NCBI GenBank assembly: GCA_030602785.1
Contig: JAUVZB010000002.1
Location: 47,550 to 111,549 of the forward strand
Source of the DNA: Dehalococcoidia bacterium
GTDB taxonomy: Bacteria; Chloroflexota; Dehalococcoidia; GIF9; AB-539-J10
DNA: 64,000 nt
Direction of reading: 5' to 3'
Below are positions 10,380 to 19,075 of this stretch, piece after piece. The notes below the pieces were generated by a model. That model was not told where the DNA came from. It searched no databases and worked only from the letters and a program-made list of their open reading frames with translations. Position 1 is the stretch's first letter; each line of letters begins with the position of its first letter. Made by a program: the position numbers and the translations under genes.

Positions 10380-10418
10380 GTTACCCCGGCGTTACCGCTG
10401 CGTAAAACGTGTGTAAAA
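10380..10418. promoter_or_regulatory. Four phased direct repeats, candidate OmpR-family binding site
   Basis: GTTACC at 10380 and 10391, GTAAAA at 10402 and 10413 (11-bp period), upstream of a TAGACT -10 on the minus strand (10364-10369). Confidence 0.55.
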
Positions 10419-10540
10419 TCCGGCGCCGCAGGCCATTCCGTGGACGTGATGCCAGGTCCGGCGGGGATTGCAGCAGAAAGGGCCGGAGGTTCACGCCCCG
10501 GCCCTCTACTACACAGGAGTCGCCGAACGAAAGGCCCGGT

Positions 10541-11725
10541 CTACCAGTGAGACTTCGCTTTCTTCCACGGGTGTGCTCGCAGCACTTCCTCGTTGATCTC
10601 CATGCCCCAACCGGGACCGGAAGGAATAGCCATTCGTCCATTGCTTATGGCCGGAATGTTGCTGACGAGTTGCTCTCTCAAGGGGATGTCATCCACATCG
10701 ATTTCCATGATGTGGACATTCGGAACCACGGCGCACAGGCTCGCACTGATGAATGTGGCGAAATGACTGTAGTAGTTGTGAGGAGCAACGTTGAACTCAA
10801 ACACCTGCGCAAGGTCGGCAATCTTCTTCGACTGGCTGAAGCCGACCCAGGGGACGTCAACCATGAAGACGTCCGCGCTGCGGTTCTGGAAATACGGCAG
10901 GAACTCACGCATGTAGATGTAGTTCTCTCCCGTGCAGATGGGAGTGCGCGACGAGTCCTTGATGGAGCGCAACGCCTCCGGGCTGTACATGTCCACTTCA
11001 AGCCACATTAGCTTGTAGGGCTCCAGCATCCTCGCGATCCGCGTGCAGCTCTCCGGCTTGAAGTTGAAGTTGAGGTCAAGACACATGTCGACCGTCGGGC
11101 CAACTGCGTCCCGGAAGGTGCCTATCAGCGTCTCTATGTGCGACAGCATGGCGTTATCGACGGCCTGGTCAGTTGTGCCGAGACCGCCGCCAAAGCCATG
11201 GAAATGCACCCGGGCCGGCTCCCCGGGAAACACGATATTGGTCTTCAGGGCGTTGTAGCCCTTGCTGACCACTTCCTTGCCCAGGTTGTGGATATCAGAC
11301 ATGGTCCTGATGGGCGGTTTGCCCATCTCGGGGTAAAGCGCCCTGGTTGTGCCGCAGTGCGACCAGTAGAGGCGGACATCCTCCCTCATGGGCCCGCCGA
11401 ACAGCTCCACCACCGAGATACCCAGCGCCCTGGCCTTGATGTCAATCAACGCCAACTCGATCCCTGCGATAGTCTTCGCCCTCACGCCCAAGGGGCCCTG
11501 TATCGAGAGCCGCGCCAAGTCCCAGAACCTCATCTCGAAGGCCCTCGGGTCGGCGCCAATCAGCAGAGCCTTGAAGTCCTCAACAGCACCTACGACAGCA
11601 AATGGGCCACGCGCCACGCTGCACTCCCCCCATCCAGCTATCCCCTCGTCAGTGGAGACTTTGATGAACGTCCATGGACGCCATCCAGCATCGAATACGA
11701 AGGCCTCTACATCTGTGATTTTCAT
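10541..11725 (-). CDS. Mandelate racemase/muconate lactonizing enzyme family (acid-sugar dehydratase-like) protein
   Basis: MKITDVEAF, TDEGIAGWGE, ALIDIKARALG, metal-ligand region DLN..WLE..TGE, APHN. GAGGAGG RBS before ATG 11725. Confidence 0.9.
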   Translation of the reverse strand: MKITDVEAFVFDAGWRPWTFIKVSTDEGIAGWGECSVARGPFAVVGAVEDFKALLIGADPRAFEMRFWDLARLSIQGPLGVRAKTIAGIELALIDIKARALGISVVELFGGPMREDVRLYWSHCGTTRALYPEMGKPPIRTMSDIHNLGKEVVSKGYNALKTNIVFPGEPARVHFHGFGGGLGTTDQAVDNAMLSHIETLIGTFRDAVGPTVDMCLDLNFNFKPESCTRIARMLEPYKLMWLEVDMYSPEALRSIKDSSRTPICTGENYIYMREFLPYFQNRSADVFMVDVPWVGFSQSKKIADLAQVFEFNVAPHNYYSHFATFISASLCAVVPNVHIMEIDVDDIPLREQLVSNIPAISNGRMAIPSGPGWGMEINEEVLRAHPWKKAKSHW

Positions 11726-11947
11726 TGACTCCTCCTCACTGATAGGTGGGGCCAGTGTAGCAAAAGAGGGAAGACAAGTGGAGTGCCCCGTGAGGAAACG
11801 TCCCCGGAATCCCCGGTCACGTAAAGCGGGAAGCTCCTCGTCGTCCGGGTCACAAGGAGCCGGAGCACGCTCGGGCACAGGAGCACAGGATGTTGGTGAT
11901 CAGAGCCGGACCGACGGGCCGGCAGTCAGAACAGCCGGACCCCGGTG

Positions 11948-12151
11948 TTACAGACCAAGCAGGCTGTGGTGGCCACCTCGCCTGTCGAAGTCAGCGTCTT
12001 CGTGCTCGTAGTCCATCTGGTCGCCACAGAAACGACCGCCAAACGGGTCCAGGTCAGGTTCTTGCGTGTCATCGGTTTCCACGTCCAGCAACCAGCGGCC
12101 GGCAACAGGGGTGACCCGCTCTGGTTTCTGCACGTGCTTGAGCTCTGCCAT
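11948..12151 (-). CDS. Small acidic hypothetical protein (67 aa)
   Basis: Strong GGGAGGTG RBS before ATG 12151 and its own promoter candidate. No recognised family. Confidence 0.55.
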   Translation of the reverse strand: MAELKHVQKPERVTPVAGRWLLDVETDDTQEPDLDPFGGRFCGDQMDYEHEDADFDRRGGHHSLLGL

Positions 12152-12301
12152 CGTACACCTCCCTCGCATTCGCGCAAACGTCCGTCAGCCGGGGGCTCCC
12201 TGCCTTTCGTAGTGCATGCACTGAGGCACGACAGCCCGGGGCGAGGAAGCGAACTACGGGAAACCCCAACGGTCCACCACACAACCACCCGGCGAATCGG
12301 A

Positions 12302-12329
12302 ATTATGGCGCTCTGCAGCTATCTGTCAA
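12302..12329 (-). promoter_or_regulatory. Sigma70-type promoter upstream of the small ORF
   Basis: TTGACA-16 bp-CATAAT on the minus strand. Confidence 0.6.
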
Positions 12330-12484
12330 GAGGTTGGCGGCCAATCCTGCGGAAAATCCTCGTCCGGCCGCAGCACCTTCCCTGCGCAAGGCGATTGACA
12401 GTCACAGCTGGCCCGCCTAACATACGTAAACAAGTGCAGCGTGCGACCCCTGCCCCGGAACCCGAACTCGGAAGGACTTAGCAG

Positions 12485-13354
12485 ATGGCTATTCGCAAAC
12501 AGAGAGAGCGACCCTCTGACGAAACCCTGGAGAGCGTCCGGTATATCGTCGTGTTCCGGGCCAGGTATTCTCCGCCCAAGCCAGCCGATGGCGCCATCGA
12601 AACGGATCCGCTTGGCTCTCTCTTCTACTCGCAGATGATGTCATTCGTCGAGTCGCGGGAGCTGGCCGTGCTGTATCACCGGGGACGCGGGATGTTCGAC
12701 AAGCACGACAAGCTTCACTACCGTATCACTGAGCACAGAGCAGTCCGCCTGGAGTTTGTTGACAGGCTGACGGTCGACGCCATCGACGGACCACACGAAC
12801 TTGTGAGCATAGGCAAGTACACCAGCGGTGGGTGGGAAGACAGGCTCAAGGAGGTCCACGACGAGTGCCTCCGCCTCAGTGACCAGATGGACCACACCGC
12901 CTCCGTGGAGGAGTTACTGAGCAACAGCCAGGACCCGCTGGATGTTGTTGCCCTCCTCGACTCGGCTCCCGACCGCGAAGGCCTGCTGAAGATGCTCTGT
13001 CTGAGCCAGAAGAGAAGCACCAACGCCTACACCCTCTACATGTCCCACATTCTCACCGACAGGATTGCTGAAGCATACGCAATAATCCAGACAGCCATCG
13101 AACTCAACCCCGGCGACGCCCGACTGCACCTTTCGCTCGGGAACTTCTACTGGGCGGCTCTCTCCAACGCCCGGGGCTGGGCCGAAGGGCGAGACCCTGG
13201 ACCGCTGAGGCAAGTGACGCTCGATGCGCTCGACATGCCCTACGAGAAGGCAAGAAGTCTGGCTCGGACTCACTACCTGGAGGCCATGCGCCTGTCCACA
13301 AGGCGCGAAATCGAGGAAGAGGCGGGGGCGCAGCTGTCTGCGCTGCGCTCGTGA
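12485..13354 (+). CDS. Hypothetical protein with C-terminal TPR-like repeat
   Basis: AYAIIQTAIELNPGDARLHLSLGNFY is TPR-like. AAGGA RBS. Confidence 0.7.
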   Translation: MAIRKQRERPSDETLESVRYIVVFRARYSPPKPADGAIETDPLGSLFYSQMMSFVESRELAVLYHRGRGMFDKHDKLHYRITEHRAVRLEFVDRLTVDAIDGPHELVSIGKYTSGGWEDRLKEVHDECLRLSDQMDHTASVEELLSNSQDPLDVVALLDSAPDREGLLKMLCLSQKRSTNAYTLYMSHILTDRIAEAYAIIQTAIELNPGDARLHLSLGNFYWAALSNARGWAEGRDPGPLRQVTLDALDMPYEKARSLARTHYLEAMRLSTRREIEEEAGAQLSALRS

Positions 13355-13481
13355 ATCTTCCCCGGGGCAACCGGGACAGGCAACCCGTCGCTTCCGGGCT
13401 CTCCCTCTTCCCATGAGGCCCCGGCAGTTTCGTCCGGGGAACGACAGTCAACGTGACACCGATTGCGTCGGAAGGCGGGTA

Positions 13482-14360
13482 TCAGTCCACCCTGTCGCCG
13501 TCTCCCAGTCCATTCAAGAAATCCTCGACCTCCCGGGGCAAAGGAGGCAGCTCCTCATCTCTCCGGCCCAGCCTCGCCTCATAGCGTGATTCAAAGTGGG
13601 GCACGACGGCCGCAAGGTCAGGATTCCGCTGCACGGCTTCGTTGATCGCCTCGGTCTGGTCACGGGCGCGCTCCCTGTCTGCCTCATCAATTGAGACATC
13701 ATAGAGGGTGCTGAGAAGCTCCATCAGCCTCAACTTGCCCACATAGTCCTCGTCCACCTGGACATACTGAGGAAGATGGACAATACACCACATCGCCTCC
13801 ATCCCCTGAAGAGACGCCTTCTGGACAATCTGGAAGGTCAACGAGGAAGGGCCCTGGTAGTTGGTTGGCTGGATGTCGAGGCGCCGCACATCCTCCTCAG
13901 CAGCCGAGCCGACGGCGCCCCCGCTGACAAGCAGTCTGCGGGTGTGCGGCACCATGTCGTACATGCTTCCAAGCCAGACATAGCGTCGCACTCCAAGCGC
14001 CTTCAACAGCGCAAGGATCGACTCAACATAGACCTCGCCGAACATGTGGGGCTCCAACATCTTCACGATGACCAGGTCCGGCCCTTCAGTCCGTTGCGCG
14101 AAGCTGACGACGGTGTTGGGCACCGATAGCTCCCTGCTCCCTTCCCGCAGATAAACAGTCGGCCGGTACCGGGTGAAGTCGTAGAACGAGCCGGGTCTGG
14201 CAAGGGTCGCCAGCTCCTGCGCGTCGAACTGCTGTTCAATGTCCAGAAGCGCCAGTGCGCCCACGCTTCCGGCATCCGTCCACGGACGCAGCATGGCAAG
14301 TGCATGCGGCTGATGCAACTCGGGCAGTGGCTCGCGAAAGCTGAACGCGCCGATTCTCAT
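13482..14360 (-). CDS. PAC2 family (proteasome assembly chaperone-like) protein
   Basis: PWTDAGSVG, FYDFTRYRP, LEPH, VPHTR, YQGPS, HLPQY. Confidence 0.85.
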   Translation of the reverse strand: MRIGAFSFREPLPELHQPHALAMLRPWTDAGSVGALALLDIEQQFDAQELATLARPGSFYDFTRYRPTVYLREGSRELSVPNTVVSFAQRTEGPDLVIVKMLEPHMFGEVYVESILALLKALGVRRYVWLGSMYDMVPHTRRLLVSGGAVGSAAEEDVRRLDIQPTNYQGPSSLTFQIVQKASLQGMEAMWCIVHLPQYVQVDEDYVGKLRLMELLSTLYDVSIDEADRERARDQTEAINEAVQRNPDLAAVVPHFESRYEARLGRRDEELPPLPREVEDFLNGLGDGDRVD

Positions 14361-14761
14361 GGTCAGATACCCACCTCGCTCCTCCCTCCATTGTCGGTAG
14401 CCTCAGAGTTGTTGTCAAGTCGCGCCGGCGTCAGTTGCTGCATAGACCGGTCATATCTGGCAGAATATACTGTGCCGGAGCGCAGTCAGCTGCAGGCCGG
14501 GAGGGCTGGCTGCTCAGGAACGGCCAGGACGTGGAAGATGATCGAGTCCAGGGCATTGGGCGTTGCGGCAGGCATTCTCGCGACAGGAGGAGGCATCAGC
14601 GAGTTTCAGCCTGCCATCGCAACGGCGGCCCCGACCCCGCAGATACTGGAGAACCATCACGAAGACAAGACAGCAGGAATCCACCCCACTTCAGGGGATA
14701 ACCGCGGAACGACGCACATCTGAAGCAATCACCAGCACACCGAAAGACTAAGGAGGAGACC

Positions 14762-14968
14762 ATGCCCAACAAAGTCTACAAGAGCATTGAACTGACAGGT
14801 TCCTCGCCCACAAGCATCGAGGATGCAGTCCGCGTCGCAATCGAGAGGGCAGGCAAGACAATCCGCAACATGAGCTGCTTCGAGGTGGTCGATACACGCG
14901 GCTACGTGGAGGGGAACAAGATAGCCTACTGGCAGGCCACCATCAAGATAAGCTTCACTGTGGAATAG
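14762..14968 (+). CDS. Dodecin (flavin-binding)
   Basis: VYKSIELTGSSPTSIEDAV..AIERA.KTIRN, WQATIKISF. AGGAGGAG RBS. Confidence 0.92.
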   Translation: MPNKVYKSIELTGSSPTSIEDAVRVAIERAGKTIRNMSCFEVVDTRGYVEGNKIAYWQATIKISFTVE

Positions 14969-15110
14969 CAGTCCTCAGGAGAAAGCCCCTGCGGCCAAGG
15001 CAGGCCCGCCACGACTGGCACAGGTCACGTGCGGACCGAATCGGTCGCCGAGGGGTGCAGTCACTCAGCGCTCCGCTGGCACAGTGGCGCGCTGTTGGCT
15101 GCTGCGGAAG

Positions 15111-15530
15111 TCAGCGGGGAGTTACTGTCACGTTGAAGAGATGCTGTCTGGCAACATCATCCGGCTGCAGCGGCCCGCGAAGCGCAACGAGAATGACCCA
15201 CTCTCCCACGCTGGCCGCCGTGAACGTGAAACGGTAGTAGCCCCACGAGCAGAGCTTGCACTCACGGTCCTCCGGAAACACAAGTTCTTCGGAGACAAGC
15301 TCAAAGTCTGACTCCTCAAACTCGGCATCCCATCTGTACCCCGTATCAGGACTATCGGGAAGAGAGAGGATGAAGCTTTCACCATTCCGAACCAGGATAG
15401 GCACGTCTGGATCCGAATAGATCTTCGGTTCTGAGCTACAGCCCTGCGGTACGAGCATCGCGGCTATAGCCACGATGAGCACAAGAAGTCGACTGTTCGG
15501 CAACCATCGAAATGGTCTCATGTGTATCAA
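15111..15530 (-). CDS. Chagasin/I42 protease-inhibitor family lipoprotein
   Basis: Signal peptide ending in QGC, then GESFILSL..PDTGYRW and FTFTA. Confidence 0.7.
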   Translation of the reverse strand: MIHMRPFRWLPNSRLLVLIVAIAAMLVPQGCSSEPKIYSDPDVPILVRNGESFILSLPDSPDTGYRWDAEFEESDFELVSEELVFPEDRECKLCSWGYYRFTFTAASVGEWVILVALRGPLQPDDVARQHLFNVTVTPR

Positions 15531-15737
15531 TATCGATTCCCCTTGTGCTCACCCCGACTCTGGCATCCCTTCAGATAGCTCTGAAGGCGCACTGTAACTC
15601 ACAATGCTACCCGACAATGCCTCAGGGAGAGGAGGCAAAGGACAGCCGCAACCAGATGAAGCACCGTCTCCATAGAAAGACGGCACTGTGCTCCACGAGC
15701 ACAATGAGAGAAGGCCGCGGGCAGGGGTATTCCCGTA

Positions 15738-16130
15738 CTACTTCTTCTTCGCCTGCTCCAGCTTGGCAAGAAGATCAGCACGGGGAGGGATGAAGATATC
15801 GATTGCCTTGCAGCCGCAGTCCAGGACATACCCGCCGTGCTCTACGTTTGAAGGCAGCATGATGATATCGCCTTTCTTCAGGTGATACAGCTTGCCTTCG
15901 ACTATTTCATCCTGCTCGCCATCGAGTACCATCATGACCTGTTCCGCTTCATGACGATGAGGCGGGAAGTAGGCGTTGGGCTCCTGCGTGAGAATACTGA
16001 GCATGACTCCTTCCGTGGCGACGATATGGCTCATGGAGCCCGGGTTCAGCTCTACCTGAGGCACGTCAGGGTAGTGCACGACCCGCTTGTCGTATTCCTC
16101 CTGGCTTGCGTACGGTTCCTTCTTCTCCAT
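15738..16130 (-). CDS. Cupin domain protein
   Basis: PPHRHEAEQ, GDIIMLPSNVEHG, IDIFIPPR. AAAGGAG RBS before ATG 16130. Confidence 0.9.
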   Translation of the reverse strand: MEKKEPYASQEEYDKRVVHYPDVPQVELNPGSMSHIVATEGVMLSILTQEPNAYFPPHRHEAEQVMMVLDGEQDEIVEGKLYHLKKGDIIMLPSNVEHGGYVLDCGCKAIDIFIPPRADLLAKLEQAKKK

Positions 16131-16698
16131 GAAATCACTCCTTTCCGTCTTCTTCGATACCTCGATACCAGCCAGGGCGCAGTTTCTCAACTGCGCGAAC
16201 ACATCACCGCCACGCTGACGTGGTTCCGTCGACCCCACAGGAGGCGACGCCAGTCAGGCCTGCCAACCTCCACCACCCACCTGCCCTCAACCACAATAGT
16301 CCTAACTAACAGAGGAGCCGGCAGCAAACAGAAACGCCACCTCGGGAGAACTCTCGCCGTGGCCGCCGACAGTTCCGCACCCGCAGGTGCTACTGACACG
16401 CGACCGCAGGGCACTATAGAAGCCAACGGCAGGGCCTGTCAATTCGCGCGACGACGCACTCCGACACCACCCTCTGCACACCACTGCAACGCGGAGTGTC
16501 GCGGCAAGGGAGTGAGAGCAGTGTCATCGGCCATGCTACGTCCTGAACATACGAGCAGGCGCGGAGCAAAGGGCTCGTCGGGATGGTAAAGGTACGAGTC
16601 GCCAGTGCTTCCACCGCAACGGCCATCCTGCGACGCACTGTCGGGTAGCCACGAGGGGATTTCCTATCACCCACAATGAGGACAAGCAACGAGACAGA

Positions 16699-16751
16699 TG
16701 CCGAGGGAGGGACTCGAACCCACACTCCCTTGCGGGAAGCGAATTTCAGGT
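16699..16751 (-). repeat. att site: duplicated 3' half of tRNA-Leu(TAA)
   Basis: 16699-16741 is identical to 19076-19118 (43 bp), and similarity continues through the anticodon loop with 3 mismatches. Confidence 0.93.
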
Positions 16752-16867
16752 TGTGAGTCCGGGATGCCGCCCCATGTCGCCTCATGCCGCGCACTCGTGC
16801 GCCGTCGAAGGGGTCATAGCTAGCAGGTGTCGGGCGATGATGCCTGATGTTGGCCCCTGACGCGAAG

Positions 16868-16888
16868 TTCGTGACCATTTCGTGACCA
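16868..16888. repeat. Tandem CGTGACCATTT repeat, left copy (candidate integrase arm site)
   Basis: TTCGTGACCATTTCGTGACCA, matching 18989-19009. Confidence 0.7.
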
Positions 16889-17048
16889 AGGTCGCAGAGC
16901 AAGCCAGTCGTCAAGTGTACGTCACGTCCACTTAGCGCAGGGGAAAGCAGCGAGAGCCATCGGCCAGCACTCTGTGCGTGTTCGGCCAAGAGGCTGACAC
17001 GCTGAGCGCCGAGGTAGGCCCTTCCTTGAAGGGCCTACCTCGGGAACG

Positions 17049-17552
17049 TCACAAATGCGCTGAGTTCGCCAGGGCCATGACCTCATTCAAGACCTCATGC
17101 AAGACGGGGAACTCGTTCCTGGTCAGTCTTACCCTGCTCAGTTGCGTGCCCGAGCACACATCAAATACGTGTTTGTGGTATTCGTCGAAATCGTCCTGGT
17201 TGTCGTACCGCAGAATATTGTGCTTCCCGGCTATCCTGGCGTTGTAGCCATACGAGAAACACTTGACGCGCATTCGACCGTTCTGCATGACGTCGGTCTC
17301 CAAGTATTTGGAGACCGACAGGATAATGCTCCGAAGGCAATAGATGTCACCAATGAATGTGACAATTGGACGGCCATCGACATCAAACTGGTCGAAAGTA
17401 GGAGGAGGGTGCCCATGGTCTACAAAGGGGTGGTTCTCTATGTGCCAGATGTGGAGATACCTATAGTTCTCGAAGGTGTTCCAGTCGTGCCGGTCGTGCC
17501 CTTCGCATATCCATTGCGAAGGTGGGTCAACACCCCGTAGCTCTGCATCCAC
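17049..17552 (-). CDS. DUF6516/TumE-like putative toxin (start uncertain)
   Basis: C-terminal YGYNA...NILRYDN...YHKH...PVLHEVLNEV pattern, downstream of an antitoxin-like ORF. Confidence 0.6.
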   Translation of the reverse strand: MDAELRGVDPPSQWICEGHDRHDWNTFENYRYLHIWHIENHPFVDHGHPPPTFDQFDVDGRPIVTFIGDIYCLRSIILSVSKYLETDVMQNGRMRVKCFSYGYNARIAGKHNILRYDNQDDFDEYHKHVFDVCSGTQLSRVRLTRNEFPVLHEVLNEVMALANSAHL

Positions 17553-17728
17553 TTGCTCAGCGCCTCGGTTTCGGTCCTTCGGCCCTCTTGGAGGGCTTGA
17601 CGCATAACAACAGACGACACCCCATAGCTGACTTCAAAACGGGTGACTTCGGCTTCAAGGCGGTCAATCAGTTGCTTGCCAGGGCGCACCCTGATGCCAT
17701 AATAACGTTCAGTGGCGGTCAAGTCCAT
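17438..17728 (-). CDS. TumA-like putative antitoxin
   Basis: RLEAEVTRFEVSYGVSS...ETEALSKW pattern. AAGGGGG RBS and a promoter directly upstream. Confidence 0.55.
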   Translation of the reverse strand: MDLTATERYYGIRVRPGKQLIDRLEAEVTRFEVSYGVSSVVMRQALQEGRRTETEALSKWMQSYGVLTHLRNGYAKGTTGTTGTPSRTIGISTSGT

Positions 17729-17766
17729 GGCACCCCCTTGACTTAGTCCGTCCGGAACCTACTGTC

Positions 17767-17795
17767 ATTGTGCTAGAGCAATATCCCTATGTCAA
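17767..17795 (-). promoter_or_regulatory. Promoter of the TA-like pair
   Basis: TTGACA-17 bp-CACAAT. Confidence 0.6.
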
Positions 17796-17940
17796 TGCCT
17801 TGCGCGAATTGCGGGTAAGCATAGCACTAATTGAATATCAGTCGTATAAGACTAAACTGTTGAGCGATACAGCAGATGCATTGACCGCGTGCCAAACAAG
17901 AGTGAGCGAGAGTCTAGTCCGTGTGTGTTGCCAAGCATTG

Positions 17941-18039
17941 GTCCTCGGTCTGAGCGGCTGCCTCTTGGAGACCTGGCAGGACATGAGAATAGGTGTCCAT
18001 GGTAACGGCGATGTTGCTGTGCCCAAGTCCCTCGCTAGC
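17941..18039 (-). pseudogene. C-terminal fragment of a tyrosine integrase
   Basis: ASEGLGHSNIAVTMDTYSHVLPGLQEAAA is the box II LGH plus catalytic Tyr region. The rest of the gene is missing. Confidence 0.85.
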
Positions 18040-18064
18040 AGGGGAGCTGTAACGCCATTTGACC

Positions 18065-18829
18065 CTAGTGCAGGAAAGTAGTGAGTCTACTGAATGCCTC
18101 ACGTACTGCACTGTCTATGAGTGACAGGATGTTATCAACGGGTAGGTCCGTCCTGATACCAGCCGGGGGATTGCCAAAGCAGACACGGATTGTGAGACGG
18201 ACCTGCAGGTCAACGTTGCCAGTGGTAGGTACGACAGAGACGAATTCCTGGTCATCCGCGATCTCCGGGTGGATGCGTGAGATGATAGGTGGCTGGTGGT
18301 CGCCCGCACCGAACCAGCCCACAGCCAAATTCGGAATGTGCCGCCTAGTGAGTAGGAGCTGCCTATGCTTGTCAGCATTGTTGAGCTCATACAGATACCA
18401 GAGATACCACCAGTAGTCCTGCGGGGGTGTGCTGTAGCAGGGCTGAAGCCCATCTACAACACCATATGCACTGGGAGGAACGCCTGCGAGTTTGCGGCCC
18501 TTCGCCTTCTCGTACTTGCGAGAGTCGTTGAAGATCGGGAACTCGTTGTGGTCACTGGGGGCGTGACCCGCCGATACGACCAGTTGCCAGATGAGATGGT
18601 CGAGGGAACAGCGGTAGTTGTGCAGGACCTCCCCGATTTGCAGATTGAGCTCGCCTGGCATTGGGGGAACACTTCCGAAGCGGAAGTGAAAGCATCCAGT
18701 AGCCGGGTCGACTTGCTTGACAATACCGTACTGGTTGGCGTCACCAAGGACTGCCAAGTCCCTGGCCAGCGCCTCGCGTAGCGCGGCAGCTCTATCGAGC
18801 TTCGCGTGGGCACTACTTGGACCGGACAT
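18065..18829 (-). CDS. Uncharacterised island protein, possibly HEPN-related
   Basis: 254 aa with GEVLHNYRCSLDHLIWQL, EFPI, LQP and LYELNNADKHR. GAGGTG RBS. Confidence 0.7.
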   Translation of the reverse strand: MSGPSSAHAKLDRAAALREALARDLAVLGDANQYGIVKQVDPATGCFHFRFGSVPPMPGELNLQIGEVLHNYRCSLDHLIWQLVVSAGHAPSDHNEFPIFNDSRKYEKAKGRKLAGVPPSAYGVVDGLQPCYSTPPQDYWWYLWYLYELNNADKHRQLLLTRRHIPNLAVGWFGAGDHQPPIISRIHPEIADDQEFVSVVPTTGNVDLQVRLTIRVCFGNPPAGIRTDLPVDNILSLIDSAVREAFSRLTTFLH

Positions 18830-18988
18830 GCTGGGATTCCCACCTCACACGAACTCGCCGCTGTGGCAGACGAGCGCACCTTAGTCGAGAGGTATGCTGG
18901 CATGCGAGCCACAGCGAGTCAACACCTAGGAGGAGTCGCCACCCTCAACTGATTGTGAACAGGGAGCACGGTCCTCTGAACAACGTCC

Positions 18989-19009
18989 CGTGACCATTTC
19001 GTGACCATT
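18989..19009. repeat. Tandem CGTGACCATTT repeat, right copy (candidate integrase arm site)
   Basis: CGTGACCATTTCGTGACCATT, followed by the inverted partial copy GGTCAC. Confidence 0.7.
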
Positions 19010-19075
19010 CGGGTCACCGGACGGGTGTAGAGAAACCGGGAAGGTGCCAGGTCTCCACGTTGGCGTCACGTTCGG

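Larger units (their letters stand above)
16752..19075. mobile_element. Decayed integrative islet inserted in tRNA-Leu(TAA)
   Basis: Flanked by the tRNA and its 3' duplicate. Contains an integrase fragment and TA-like cargo, and is visibly more AT-rich around 17050-18100. Confidence 0.85.

Noticed and set aside
12188-12293. tmRNA, SRP RNA or a known riboswitch
   Set aside because: TCCACCA and GGAAGC-like words occur, but there is no T-arm, SRP domain IV or riboswitch consensus. It is kept only as an unknown structured leader.
13482-14360. Evidence for a Pup-proteasome system
   Set aside because: PAC2-family genes occur without proteasomes, and no prc/pafA/arc genes are in the window.
14304-14750. 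FMN riboswitch or ORF upstream of dodecin
   Set aside because: No RFN consensus is visible, and the ORFs here lack a convincing RBS or motif.
16699-16751. Extra tRNA-Leu gene
   Set aside because: Only the 3' half is present, with no D-arm or 5' acceptor strand. It is an att duplicate.
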